The notes: generated by a model not told the origin, from the letters alone. A stretch of 64,000 bases of DNA from Nanobdellota archaeon (GCA_038045705.1 JBBSXO010000001.1:96001-160000), one strand, 5' to 3'. Counted from the stretch's first letter, positions 48,818-58,819 are shown. Made by a program: numbers and translations.

Positions 48818-49481
48818 GATCATCGTTCCAGATGTTTTCCCTACCCCAATATAATTTTTCTCCATCATCTGTCCCCTTTGCAGAATACAATATGATTTCT
48901 TCTTCAAAATCAGCTTTGAATTTATAGCTTTTAGTGCTTTCATCTTTTATAGTCCACAATGTGACATTAGAATCACAAGAGTCTATAATATGAATATACT
49001 CTTCATATTTATTTATTTCTACTTCTAAGCATTCATAAAATTCAGATCTTTTCCATATATTTAATTCATTTTCGCGGGCATATTCTTCAGATTTTTCAAA
49101 TAAATTTTCCTCAGAATCTGAAACAAGATAACTATGAGCCATCCCATATTTTACAAGTTCAAGATTCAAGTAAATGTCTTCATAGTATAATCTTCCAAGA
49201 ATCCTATCATATTTATCCATACCAGCACTTTCAAGTTCAACTTCTGTAAATCCAGAAAGAAATTCCTTGCCTAGTTCAGAATAAGATAATCCTTTTTCAG
49301 GAGTGTTTATATTGAGGAGTCTTATTCTCCTGCCATCTGAAAGTTCAACAGTATCTCCATCTAAAACTCGAACAATCTCAACTTTTTCACGTATTATTCC
49401 ATTGTCAGCAAAGAAAATATAATTTCCTGCAATAAGCAAAGTTATCATCGAAGCAAAAATGAGAGATGCTTTTTTGTTCAT
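48759..49481 (-). CDS. Thermonuclease (SNase-like) with C-terminal LTD-like region
   Basis: VLDGDTV, IRLLNINTPE, DKYDRILG, IWNDDHD. Confidence 0.92.
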   Translation of the reverse strand: MNKKASLIFASMITLLIAGNYIFFADNGIIREKVEIVRVLDGDTVELSDGRRIRLLNINTPEKGLSYSELGKEFLSGFTEVELESAGMDKYDRILGRLYYEDIYLNLELVKYGMAHSYLVSDSEENLFEKSEEYARENELNIWKRSEFYECLEVEINKYEEYIHIIDSCDSNVTLWTIKDESTKSYKFKADFEEEIILYSAKGTDDGEKLYWGRENIWNDDHDEIFIRDSDGLLVYYYAY

Positions 49482-49933
49482 ACATCTCCAATTATGGAAG
49501 AATTTACTTTTTCACCAACATTAATACCTAATTTAGAACTTAAACCTTTATTTATCTCGAGAACATATTTAGTAACACCTATATGATTTATACTAGGGCA
49601 AGGATCAGATTCACATGGGAATGCTTCTTTAATATCCACAATAATTCCAGACTCAGAAATCCATATTATATCAAGAGGAATAAGTGTGTTTTTCATCCAA
49701 AAAGGATAATTTCCTTCTCTTTCAAAAACAAAAAACATACCTTTATTTTCATCAAGTTGTTCTCTAAACATTAAACCTCTACTCATATCCTGAGGGGTGT
49801 CAACAACCTCAACAACAAAACAATTATCCTCAATACAGACTTTGTTAATATTATCTCTGTTTAAAACAAATAATAAAATACTAGAAATCAATACGATAAT
49901 TAATACAAAGACCCAAGTTTTAATATTCTTCAT
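49478..49933 (-). CDS. DUF192 family protein
   Basis: RGLMFR, FWMKNTLIPLDII, YVLEINKG. Confidence 0.93.
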   Translation of the reverse strand: MKNIKTWVFVLIIVLISSILLFVLNRDNINKVCIEDNCFVVEVVDTPQDMSRGLMFREQLDENKGMFFVFEREGNYPFWMKNTLIPLDIIWISESGIIVDIKEAFPCESDPCPSINHIGVTKYVLEINKGLSSKLGINVGEKVNSSIIGDV

Positions 49934-49983
49934 AGCACACAAAATAGACATAAGTTTATATAATTTTAACTCAAATTACAATA

Positions 49984-50217
49984 ATGACAATAATTCTTTA
50001 CGGAACAAGCTCTTGTCCATGGTGTCATAGAACTCGTGAATTTTTAAAAGAAAATAAAATCAAGTTTAATGATATTGATGTAGGAGAAAACCAAAAAGCA
50101 GCAAAAGAAATGATAAAAAAGTCAGGACAACAAGGAGTTCCAGTATTGGATATTAATGGAACAATCATAATAGGCTTTGATGAAAAAGCAATTAAGCTGG
50201 CTTTAAAACTGAAATAA
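49984..50217 (+). CDS. Glutaredoxin/NrdH-like redoxin
   Basis: CPWC, SGQQGVPV, IGFD. Confidence 0.94.
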   Translation: MTIILYGTSSCPWCHRTREFLKENKIKFNDIDVGENQKAAKEMIKKSGQQGVPVLDINGTIIIGFDEKAIKLALKLK

Positions 50218-50262
50218 TTTTAGTACCATTATGTTTAAAAATTAGAAACTTTCACCTTGACC

Positions 50263-50940
50263 ATGGGTTCAGTAGATATTTCTTCAACAACTTTAGAACG
50301 GTTGCCACAAGAGTTTAGGAGATTATATCATATCATACAAACATCCAATGGGAATGTAGAAGAAATTATTGAGGGCGTATGCAATATTTTTCCAGGTGTC
50401 ACTCCTGATGAAATAAAAGGTGAAGGAAGGAGGCAGAGAGTATCAACTCCTCGTCAAATAGCTATGTTTGCTATTAGGGCATGTTCTGCATTATCTTTAG
50501 AAGATATAGGTAGAGTACTAGGAGGCAGAGATCATACTACAGTATTGTACGCATTAACTAAGGTTAAAGAAAGAATGACTGATCAGGGTGTAAATCCTCT
50601 TATTTTTCGAAGAGGATCACCCCTAGAACAACAAAAGGATACAGATCACCTATATCTGTTAGGAGATGTTTTGCAATTTAGATCTTCAGAACAATGTTTA
50701 GAAGTATTTGATATTCTCAGAAATTCTTATGGAAACAATAACGTTAAGTGTGGACCAGGAATGCTCAAAATTCTTAGAAATATGCCCTTACTACACCCTC
50801 AAAGTGCTGTATATTTTCATAATAGTCTAGAGCTTAAAACAGAAGATAGAAGAGATTACGGAAGTTTGTTAGGAACTGATAGATCAATAACTCTGCAGGT
50901 AGCTAAGGATTTAGTAAGAAAAGCAGAACAAACCCTATAA
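50263..50940 (+). CDS. Protein containing bacterial DnaA C-terminal HTH (domain IV)
   Basis: RQIAMF...SLEDIGRVLGGRDHTTVLYA; no AAA+ domain. Confidence 0.85.
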   Translation: MGSVDISSTTLERLPQEFRRLYHIIQTSNGNVEEIIEGVCNIFPGVTPDEIKGEGRRQRVSTPRQIAMFAIRACSALSLEDIGRVLGGRDHTTVLYALTKVKERMTDQGVNPLIFRRGSPLEQQKDTDHLYLLGDVLQFRSSEQCLEVFDILRNSYGNNNVKCGPGMLKILRNMPLLHPQSAVYFHNSLELKTEDRRDYGSLLGTDRSITLQVAKDLVRKAEQTL

Positions 50941-51024
50941 TTTATATAGATAATTGAGGCATTTCCGCACCAAAAATTAAAATAATTAAAGCTTAAGATT
51001 TGTAAAATAATTCTAAAATAAATA

Positions 51025-51411
51025 TTAATCAATTAATCTAGGATTAATTAACTTAATTTCTTTTATTTCATCAAACGCATTATCTGTACTAATAAGTGAT
51101 TCATTATACACAACTGCACAAGCTACATGAATAGAATCAAAAATACCTAATTTATTATACTTATCAATTAGTTCTTGACTTTTTTCAATTATTTTTCTAT
51201 CAACTGAAAGAATTTCAATCTTCAAGTTATTTATTTTTTTTAGTGCTTCATTTGCATCATTTCTAGAATATTCTCTTTCTAGAACTATTCTTGACTCAAT
51301 CACTGTAAAAGTAGAAGTTTTAGCACCTTTCAAATTCAATCGAGAAACTATTTGCTTAAGCCAGTCTTCCTCTTTTATTAAAGCTAATATTATATCTGTA
51401 TCAAGATACAT
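51025..51411 (-). CDS. vapC: PIN-domain VapC toxin
   Basis: YLDTDII, E, FDSIHVA, STDNAFD. Confidence 0.9.
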   Translation of the reverse strand: MYLDTDIILALIKEEDWLKQIVSRLNLKGAKTSTFTVIESRIVLEREYSRNDANEALKKINNLKIEILSVDRKIIEKSQELIDKYNKLGIFDSIHVACAVVYNESLISTDNAFDEIKEIKLINPRLID

Positions 51412-51631
51412 TAGCCTTTTTACCCCTTCTTATACCTGAAACTATTTCTTCATAAGCATAATCTTCAGCTCTTTTGTGAACTCTCCTCATCATCATAACT
51501 ACAAGTCTTGCCCCAAATTTCAATGCTTCATTTCTACTTACAAATTCACCTTCTCTTACAAGAATATCTATTTCTTCAGCAAGTCCACTTGGCAAAGCAA
51601 TAGGAACTATCATTTTTGCTTTCTTTTCCAT
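51401..51631 (-). CDS. Ribbon-helix-helix antitoxin
   Basis: IALPSGLAEEIDILVREGEFVSRNEALK; overlaps vapC. Confidence 0.85.
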   Translation of the reverse strand: MEKKAKMIVPIALPSGLAEEIDILVREGEFVSRNEALKFGARLVVMMMRRVHKRAEDYAYEEIVSGIRRGKKANVS

Positions 51632-51755
51632 TATAACAGGTTATATAAATAGTATATAAACTTTTACATCAATCAAGTATCAAAAATGAATTTATGTATC
51701 ATATAATCAGAATTAACACATGCAAAAACCTTCAACAAAACCTATAATTTATATA

Positions 51756-51850
51756 ATGTCGATAGTTTCTCACATAAACCACGCCCTTTAAGGTGTGTTC
51801 AAAACTTCGATCATCTAAAAATCGAGCACCAATCGCATCGATTTTTTGAT
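51756..51850. repeat. Copy 2 of dispersed palindromic element
   Basis: Aligns end to end with 11055-11177 except for a 28-nt hairpin indel. Confidence 0.85.
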
Positions 51851-51870
51851 CTTATCAATTAAAAAAAGAA

Positions 51871-52827
51871 ATGACAAAAAAAGAAAGTTCAGAGTATGAT
51901 TTTATTATAATTGGTGCTGGTGGAGCAGGTCTAGCGGCTGCAATGTATGGTGCACGTCTAGGACTAAAAACTCTATGTCTGGGAGCTTCTCATGGAACAG
52001 AGCTTCCACTAGGAGGCGTTATAACTACAACAAATATTGTTGAAAACTACCCTGGTTTTATTCGTTTAACCGGGACAGAAATAGCTGATAAAATAAGGGA
52101 ACATGCACAGTCTTATGATCAAGTCACATTAAAAGAAGAAAAAGTAGAAACCGTAGAAAAACAAGAAAATATCTTCAAAATAAAGACATCTGAATCAATT
52201 TATTATGGAAAAACAATTTTATTTGCAACAGGTACAAAGTGGAAAAAGCTTGAAGTTCCAGGTTCTAAAGAATATGAAAATAAGGGTATAGCCTACTGCG
52301 CTTTATGCGACTCACCATTATTTAAAAATAAAATAGTTTGTGTAGTAGGCGGTTCAGACTCTGCGGCAAAAGATGCAATGGTACTAGCCGAACATGCAAA
52401 GAAAGTTTACATAATTTACAGAGGAGAAAAAATAAGACCAGAGCCAATAAATTATGAAAGGATAATGAAGAACAAGAAGATAGAAATAATTAACAACACA
52501 AATATAATTGAAGTAAAAGGGAAGCAATTTGTTGAAAAAGTAGTTTTAGATAAACCATACAAAGGTAGCACTGAGCTTGAATTGCAAGGAGTTTTTGTAG
52601 CAATAGGACATATAATATTATCAGATTTAGCTAAATCTTTAGGAGTGAAAACAAACACAAAGGGAGAGATAGAAATAGATCATAAAACTTCTGAAACAAG
52701 TATGGGCGGAGTATTTGCTGCAGGCGATGTAGCAGACAAACCATTCAAACAATTAATCACGGGAGTAGCCGAAGGTTGCACTGCAGCCTATTCAGCTTAC
52801 GAATATATTTCTAAGAATCTTAAATAA
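51871..52827 (+). CDS. trxB: Thioredoxin reductase
   Basis: GAGGAG, ENYPG, YCALCD, GGSDSA, FAAGD. Confidence 0.95.
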   Translation: MTKKESSEYDFIIIGAGGAGLAAAMYGARLGLKTLCLGASHGTELPLGGVITTTNIVENYPGFIRLTGTEIADKIREHAQSYDQVTLKEEKVETVEKQENIFKIKTSESIYYGKTILFATGTKWKKLEVPGSKEYENKGIAYCALCDSPLFKNKIVCVVGGSDSAAKDAMVLAEHAKKVYIIYRGEKIRPEPINYERIMKNKKIEIINNTNIIEVKGKQFVEKVVLDKPYKGSTELELQGVFVAIGHIILSDLAKSLGVKTNTKGEIEIDHKTSETSMGGVFAAGDVADKPFKQLITGVAEGCTAAYSAYEYISKNLK

Positions 52828-53230
52828 TCTCTCTCATAGAATTTTCTTCAAAGAATTGTCCAAATCTTTTTCCTATAACTTTAGCGTTCTTCAAGTTAAC
52901 CACCCAGTTAGCTCCAGAATCTTCTAGTTGTTTAGGTTCCAAGAATATCCATCCTTCCCTATTAAAACGCACAGCAACAACAGGGATAAAACCCATCACC
53001 TCACAAAACATCATAAAATCACTAATCTGTTGTCTAGTAATATAAATTCTAGGACTTTTACTTGACTTTGCTTCAATTGCATAAGCCTTTCCAGCTTTTC
53101 CAGCTATTAAATCACAGAAAGTATTTTCGTTTACACCAGACCCAGCAACACGCGCTGCTTTCCAAGTTTGTTCAGTAAAAATATCAAGAAGTTCACGTTC
53201 CGCTCTAGACCCCTTAGATTTATTAGACAT
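52820..53230 (-). CDS. hjc: Holliday junction resolvase Hjc
   Basis: KGSRAEREL, RVAGSG, DLIAG, IEAK. Confidence 0.93.
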   Translation of the reverse strand: MSNKSKGSRAERELLDIFTEQTWKAARVAGSGVNENTFCDLIAGKAGKAYAIEAKSSKSPRIYITRQQISDFMMFCEVMGFIPVVAVRFNREGWIFLEPKQLEDSGANWVVNLKNAKVIGKRFGQFFEENSMREII

Positions 53231-53287
53231 TATACTCTAAATAATAACTCATTTTTAAGTTCTAGTATCAATATTTGAAATATATCT

Positions 53288-54379
53288 TTATTCTTCTTTA
53301 CCAAACAAACCAAAGAATTTTTTCCAGAATCCCTTTTCATTCTCAGAACTAGCAACATTTTGCTTTTCATTCACACTAGGATCCACATTAGCAAAAACCC
53401 CTGCTTTAGATTTTACATCAGCATCAAAGGCCTTATCTTTGAAGACAGGCTCAGTAGATTTCTTATCTGGATTTGTTGTGTAAACCTTTTCTTGAAATAT
53501 TGTTATTTTACCTTCTTTAGTTTCTCCGTTTTCATATTCAGCGAAAAGTTTACCAGACATTTCATTGTCTGAATGGCTAAGATCTGTCTTTAGAGATGCA
53601 ACAACAGTTTCTCCATCAGTATCAATATATTTTAATCTTCCACGGTAGTTTTTATCATCTCCACTTTCTAGTATTAATGTTCCTTTTTCTTCATCTGCCC
53701 CATACACATTAAACTCTAGTCTTGATGGTTTAGAATTTGGAGTACTTTGGAATTTCAAGGTAAGATCACTAAGTTCTAAGTAACCTGAATAGGAATATGC
53801 GACTTTATCTTTGAAATCCTTGATTTTTTGATTTGCAACGTTGTGCTGTGAAAGAGCCATTGTAACAGTAGCCTTGAATGTGCTATCTTTTGCAGAAAGT
53901 ACTAAGTCCCCTTTATAGACTCCAAACTTTCCTTCATTGTAATTAGTAGCATCTTGGAGTTTTAGTATTAAAGTTCCTGTAATGGCATCATTTTCAGATC
54001 TTAAATTATAAGTCTTAGTTGATTCTGTCTCTTCAGAAGATTGAATCATTAATTTTACTTTTCCGATTAAGAAGTAACCTCTTGATGTAGATAATGAATC
54101 CGTGTTCGGATCTTGTTTTGTAACTGCTCTTAATTTAGTAAACGCTGCTTTTTCATTGTCAACTACTCCCCACCCATTGCCTTCAGTAATCATTACAACA
54201 GCACCATTTGTAGCTTCTACACTTTCTTCAGCTGTAATTAAATCACTAGCAGATATGTCGGCAGTAATTGATTCAAGATCGCTTGAAGTAAGAATATCAT
54301 CAGACAAAGTATTAGCTGAAACTAAGAACATACTTACAACTAACATTGATCCAAGAAACATTGCTATTATCTTATCCAT
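53288..54379 (-). CDS. Secreted hypothetical protein
   Basis: Signal MDKII...LVSA; beta-rich; amphipathic C-terminus GFWKKFFGLFG. Confidence 0.7.
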   Translation of the reverse strand: MDKIIAMFLGSMLVVSMFLVSANTLSDDILTSSDLESITADISASDLITAEESVEATNGAVVMITEGNGWGVVDNEKAAFTKLRAVTKQDPNTDSLSTSRGYFLIGKVKLMIQSSEETESTKTYNLRSENDAITGTLILKLQDATNYNEGKFGVYKGDLVLSAKDSTFKATVTMALSQHNVANQKIKDFKDKVAYSYSGYLELSDLTLKFQSTPNSKPSRLEFNVYGADEEKGTLILESGDDKNYRGRLKYIDTDGETVVASLKTDLSHSDNEMSGKLFAEYENGETKEGKITIFQEKVYTTNPDKKSTEPVFKDKAFDADVKSKAGVFANVDPSVNEKQNVASSENEKGFWKKFFGLFGKEE

Positions 54380-54530
54380 GCTTATACGGTGTAAATTGAT
54401 CTTTAAAAACACATGTATAACTTCAACTACAGTTGAAGCTGAACAATTTATCTAGTAAAAAATTCTTTTGCCTTTTTGTTTCTATAACAAACATAAACCT
54501 CTTTATAAATACACCATATTTGATAAGTTT

Positions 54531-55394
54531 ATGATAGATTTAGAAAAAATGAAAATTGAAAAATCAATCAAGGAACTTTTAGAATTTGGAATTATAAATA
54601 TTGATAAACCAGCAGGACCTACCAGTTTTACAGTTTCTCAATATATAAAAAAGTCTTTAGGACTAAAAAAAACATCTCACTTAGGAACACTAGATCCACA
54701 AGTATCAGGGGTCTTGCCAGTAGCCTTAAACAGAGCATGCAGATTGAATGAATATCTGATGCACAAAGATAAAACTTATGTAGGGATAATAAGAGTGCAT
54801 AAGGAAATATCTAAAGAAGACTTGCAAAAAGAAGCAACAAAATTTTTAGGTAAAATAAACCAGCTTCCTCCAGTAAGATCAAGTGTAAAACGTGCAGTCA
54901 GAGAAAGAGAAGTAAAAACATTTGATATATTGGAAAAAAAAGATAAAGACTTTTTATTTAGCACTCAAGTTCAGGCAGGAACTTACATAAGAAAATTGTG
55001 CAGTGATCTCGGTGATAAAATAGGTGGAGCTCATATGCTCGAATTAAGAAGAATACAAGCAGGAACATTCTCTGAAGAAAATTCAATAAATATGTATGAA
55101 TTAGAAAAAATAATTCAGGAATACAAAAAAGGAGATGGAGAACCACTAAAAAATGTTATAATTTCAGGAGAAATAATATCAACAATCCTTCCAGTTATAA
55201 AAGTAAGAAAAGATGTTGTAAAAAAATTATACACTGGCTCTCCAATATTTAAATCATTTTTATCTGAACCAGCAGATGATAAAATCAAATCAGGTGATAA
55301 AATAGTAGTTTACTCAGAAAATAAATTCATAGGCTGTTACAGTTATATAAATTCTAAAGATCTAATAGCTAAAGCAGAGTTTGTGCTGAATTAG
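54531..55394 (+). CDS. cbf5: Pseudouridine synthase Cbf5
   Basis: IDKPAGPTS, HLGTLDP, AGTYIRKLC, ELRR. Confidence 0.95.
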   Translation: MIDLEKMKIEKSIKELLEFGIINIDKPAGPTSFTVSQYIKKSLGLKKTSHLGTLDPQVSGVLPVALNRACRLNEYLMHKDKTYVGIIRVHKEISKEDLQKEATKFLGKINQLPPVRSSVKRAVREREVKTFDILEKKDKDFLFSTQVQAGTYIRKLCSDLGDKIGGAHMLELRRIQAGTFSEENSINMYELEKIIQEYKKGDGEPLKNVIISGEIISTILPVIKVRKDVVKKLYTGSPIFKSFLSEPADDKIKSGDKIVVYSENKFIGCYSYINSKDLIAKAEFVLN

Positions 55395-55553
55395 AATAAA
55401 AAACTTATTTTGAATGACTATCTTGATTTAATCTTTATGTTTAGATCATATAAGGCTGGCGGTTAGAAATTTAAGTAAGTGAATTTAGAAGACTAGAGAG
55501 AATCAAGAAATATGTTCCTGAGTAAGACCACAAAGAATGGTAACTTTAGTTGT

Positions 55554-55829
55554 TCAGTTTTTTCCATTAAGAGCATTCTGTAATCTATTCTGTTCATCAG
55601 TTGATATATCTCTATATTCGAATGATGCATTTGTATAACCTCTTTCAGTCAAATACTGTGCAAGCAACTCAATATTTTGTCCTGGATGTAATGTCCTAAA
55701 ATGGGGGTTTGACAAAACTGTACCTCTATCAGATCTTTGTTCTAAACTTGCTCCAAAGAAAGGTAATACTCTATTACCTTCTAAATCAAATCCATTATTT
55801 TCTTTTCTAACAACTACATATTGTCTCAT
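55554..55829 (-). CDS. Small hypothetical protein; paralog of 56525-56809
   Basis: PFFGASLEQR...LHPGQ. Confidence 0.75.
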   Translation of the reverse strand: MRQYVVVRKENNGFDLEGNRVLPFFGASLEQRSDRGTVLSNPHFRTLHPGQNIELLAQYLTERGYTNASFEYRDISTDEQNRLQNALNGKN

Positions 55830-55887
55830 AATATAACTACTATAAAGTAACTATTTAAATCTTTCGATTCTATCTTTTGAGAGTACA

Positions 55888-56475
55888 TTAAGCATTCTTT
55901 TCCCAAGCTTTACGCACAACAGACTTGATTAATAAGAAAACTAATAAAATTAGAATAATAACCCCAATAACTTTTTGCATATTCCCAAAAATATCTAAAT
56001 ATTGTAAAGCAGTATTTCCAAAGAACCAACCAATCGCTACAAAAATTATGAGCCAAATAATAATTATTGGAATCTCATAGATCATAAACTTTCGATAAGG
56101 CATTCCAAGTCTGCTAAGATGTACAATAGCAAACAATCTAAAGAAATAAAAGAATCTCGTAATAAATAAGGCAAAAAACATATTGTTGGAAGCAATTTTA
56201 TTGACATGATGCATAAATCTATGGTATTTTGTATGCATTTTTCCATGAATCTTTTTCTCTCGAAATGCGGTCTTTCCAACAACAAACCACAATAAATCAG
56301 ACAAGAAAGTACCAATAAAACCAAAAACAAACAAAATCCATAAAGACAACATTCCAAGCCCAGAAACAAATCCTAAAATAACAACAACTTCCTCACCAAA
56401 TATAAGAGTAGATAAGAGTGTAGTCAAAACAGGAAAGTCTACCAATAATATGCTAATAAGTGCCTGAATATCCAT
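55888..56475 (-). CDS. DedA family membrane protein
   Basis: GEEVV, GTFLSDLLWFVVGK, TRFFYFFR, MPYRKF. Confidence 0.85.
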   Translation of the reverse strand: MDIQALISILLVDFPVLTTLLSTLIFGEEVVVILGFVSGLGMLSLWILFVFGFIGTFLSDLLWFVVGKTAFREKKIHGKMHTKYHRFMHHVNKIASNNMFFALFITRFFYFFRLFAIVHLSRLGMPYRKFMIYEIPIIIIWLIIFVAIGWFFGNTALQYLDIFGNMQKVIGVIILILLVFLLIKSVVRKAWEKNA

Positions 56476-56524
56476 TATAGAATAAAAATAACTTTATTTA
56501 AAATCTATTCTAAGAGCATTCTAA

Positions 56525-56809
56525 CTATTTTTGAGTCAAACGTCTTGTAATTTCTTGCCTTACTGTAGTCTCTTCTTCAGGAGAAAACCCATTAAATGTC
56601 AAATTTGAGTGCTGGTAATTTCTATCAAACAAAGTATCTATTAATAATTTAGGACTCTGCCCAGAATGTAAATTTCTTGTATATGACTCTTTTAGAGACT
56701 TATTTTCATCTCTTTTCTCTAAACTTACTCCGAAAAATGGTCCTGTCATACTTCCATCTTCCCAGTTAACTCCCCAATCTTCTCTTCTAAATATAGCATA
56801 TTCTACCAT
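56525..56809 (-). CDS. Small hypothetical protein; paralog of 55554-55829
   Basis: PFFGVSLEKR...LHSGQ. Confidence 0.75.
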   Translation of the reverse strand: MVEYAIFRREDWGVNWEDGSMTGPFFGVSLEKRDENKSLKESYTRNLHSGQSPKLLIDTLFDRNYQHSNLTFNGFSPEEETTVRQEITRRLTQK

Positions 56810-56918
56810 GTTATAACTACTACAAAGTAACTATTTAAATCTTTCGATTTATTTAAGTTATCATTCTAAATAGTATTTGGTGGTAAAACTATAAAACACA
56901 TCATTTCATTCTCCAATC

Positions 56919-57521
56919 ATGAGAGGATTCATCTACTATTCAAGAACAGCTCCAACAGCAGGACATCAGATAAAAGAAGATCTAATGAAGTCTGGAAGAC
57001 TAGATATAGCAATTCATTCAGTAATAGCTGCTTTCTTTCTTAGTCATAAAATGAGAACAGATGTAACGCTACATCTAGTTTTTGCAGGACCTCCTGATCC
57101 AGTTAAACATCTTGAATTAAAACCAGTTACAGTAGGTGTGACAGGCGTAGACAAAATATATCTTAGTAAAAAGAATGTTCAAGACACTATCAAGAAAATG
57201 CTTTACAAGTATAAGCAAGGTATGAAAAACGAAGTATTTCCAGGTTATTGGATTGAGAAAAAGAATTTTATGGAATTAGTTAATGAAATCAAAGATAATG
57301 GTCAAGAACTCTATGTACTTGATCCTGATGGAGAAGACATTAGAACAGTAGATATAAGGCCTAATCCTGTTTTTATTCTAGGAGACCATCGCGGATTACC
57401 AGATAAGGAATATAAGAGGCTAAAAAAGTTAGCAACTCCAGTTTCGATCGGAAATAAAGAATATTTTGCATCACATACAATAGCAATTGTTAACAACGAA
57501 TTAGATAGAAGAGGAATTTAG
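56919..57521 (+). CDS. trmY: tRNA pseudouridine-54 N1-methyltransferase (SPOUT)
   Basis: GRLDI, FFLSHKMR, FILGDHRG, IVNNELD. Confidence 0.92.
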   Translation: MRGFIYYSRTAPTAGHQIKEDLMKSGRLDIAIHSVIAAFFLSHKMRTDVTLHLVFAGPPDPVKHLELKPVTVGVTGVDKIYLSKKNVQDTIKKMLYKYKQGMKNEVFPGYWIEKKNFMELVNEIKDNGQELYVLDPDGEDIRTVDIRPNPVFILGDHRGLPDKEYKRLKKLATPVSIGNKEYFASHTIAIVNNELDRRGI

Positions 57522-57574
57522 TATTGCAACTAGCATAGAGTAAAATACTTAAGTAAGATTAAATATTTACTAAA

Positions 57575-57949
57575 GTGAAACTTAATAGAAATTCTTATGG
57601 GTATAGGGGTGGGATAATAGCCTTCTATATTTCAATAGTCAGCTTATCATTAATGTTCTTTGTTAATTTTAACAATATACTGTTCAAAATAGATCAAACT
57701 ATTATTAATCTCTTATCTCCAATAGTGCTAGTTTTGTCATTGACTCAATATGTAGCTCTAATTTTTGGTTTTGGGGTTGGATTAGGCGCGACAAGCCATT
57801 CAGAGTTAATTACTGGAATTATTATTGGTTATTTTCTCTCATTAATTGTCAGCGTATTAACCGGAATGTTAATTGGTGTTATTTATGGTAAAATAAAAAA
57901 TTATTTTAGAAAAGATTCGGTGCCAAATAAGGAAGTTAAGATAAATTAA
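57575..57949 (+). CDS. Hypothetical membrane protein
   Basis: Three hydrophobic segments; GTG start. Confidence 0.6.
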   Translation: MKLNRNSYGYRGGIIAFYISIVSLSLMFFVNFNNILFKIDQTIINLLSPIVLVLSLTQYVALIFGFGVGLGATSHSELITGIIIGYFLSLIVSVLTGMLIGVIYGKIKNYFRKDSVPNKEVKIN

Positions 57950-58011
57950 TCTAATTAATAACTACATCAAAACACAATAATGATTAAAAAGTCTTGTCAA
58001 AAGATTCTAGC

Positions 58012-58791
58012 ATGGTTAAGGGTCTAGCAGTCAGATTAAAGTCTTATGGTGAAACAATTCCAAAGGTCCTAAATCTAATAAAATTATCTGATGAATTGAA
58101 AAAGCATAAAAATATTATAATAAAAATCCATCTTATCCCAGGCCATCCTGAAAATTCAACAAAAATAGAATTTTTAGAACCATTAATCCAATTTTGTGTA
58201 ACTAATAAGAATCCTGGTTCGGATATAATCCTGGCAGAAGGATGTGATGGTGCAGAAACAAGAGATCTATTTGATGAAGGAGGATTTACTAGACTGGCTG
58301 AAAAATACAGCATAGGTCTTATAGACTTAAATGAGTCTTCTTCAGTTGAGGTTCAGAATCCAGAGTTCTTGAGATTTAAATCAATACATTATCCAGACCT
58401 ATTATTAAACAGCTTTATAATCACTGCAACCCCTGCAAGACAACATCCAGATCTTGTTTTTTCTGCATCCTTAGACACAATGTTAGGTGCTTTTCCAGGT
58501 TACAAATATAGAGGATTCTTTTCAAATATGAAGAAAAAATTAAGAGAACATCCAACAAAATATCAGATTCATGATATATTAAAGTGTAAAATGCCAGATC
58601 TAGCAATAATAGATGCTGGTGAAAAAGGTTTTTTGATCACTGGAAAACCTTTAGATATGGATAAACAGGCAACAAAACTATTTGGTCTAGATTGGAATAA
58701 CGTTCCCCATATAAGACTAGTTGATGAAAGTTTCTCACAAGTTCCTAAAGAGGAAGGTGTTGAGAAGTTAATTGGTAAAACAGCACAATAG
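58012..58791 (+). CDS. DUF362-like protein (divergent)
   Basis: IIIKIHL, IILAEG, LIDLN, PDLAIIDA. Confidence 0.7.
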   Translation: MVKGLAVRLKSYGETIPKVLNLIKLSDELKKHKNIIIKIHLIPGHPENSTKIEFLEPLIQFCVTNKNPGSDIILAEGCDGAETRDLFDEGGFTRLAEKYSIGLIDLNESSSVEVQNPEFLRFKSIHYPDLLLNSFIITATPARQHPDLVFSASLDTMLGAFPGYKYRGFFSNMKKKLREHPTKYQIHDILKCKMPDLAIIDAGEKGFLITGKPLDMDKQATKLFGLDWNNVPHIRLVDESFSQVPKEEGVEKLIGKTAQ

Positions 58792-58819
58792 TTATTAACT
58801 AATAAAACCGGATAAAATC

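Larger units (their letters stand above)
55832..56849 (-). repeat. 38-bp direct repeat promoter (55832-55869 and 56812-56849)
   Basis: TATAACTACTAYAAAGTAACTATTTAAATCTTTCGATT with one mismatch; contains minus-strand BRE/TATA. Confidence 0.9.

Noticed and set aside
49632-49640. DnaA-box-like ATATCCACA near the DnaA domain gene
   Set aside because: Single mismatched copy inside a CDS; expected by chance
51641-51659. TTATATA-N5-TATATAA inverted repeat at the vapBC promoter
   Set aside because: Plausible antitoxin operator, but AT-only and overlapping the TATA box, so not distinguishable from chance
55421-55508. Imperfect long hairpin (TCTTGATT...AATCAAGA) after cbf5, possible H/ACA or SRP RNA
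   Set aside because: No properly placed ACA box, K-turn or SRP helix-8 motif; pairing is weak and AT-rich
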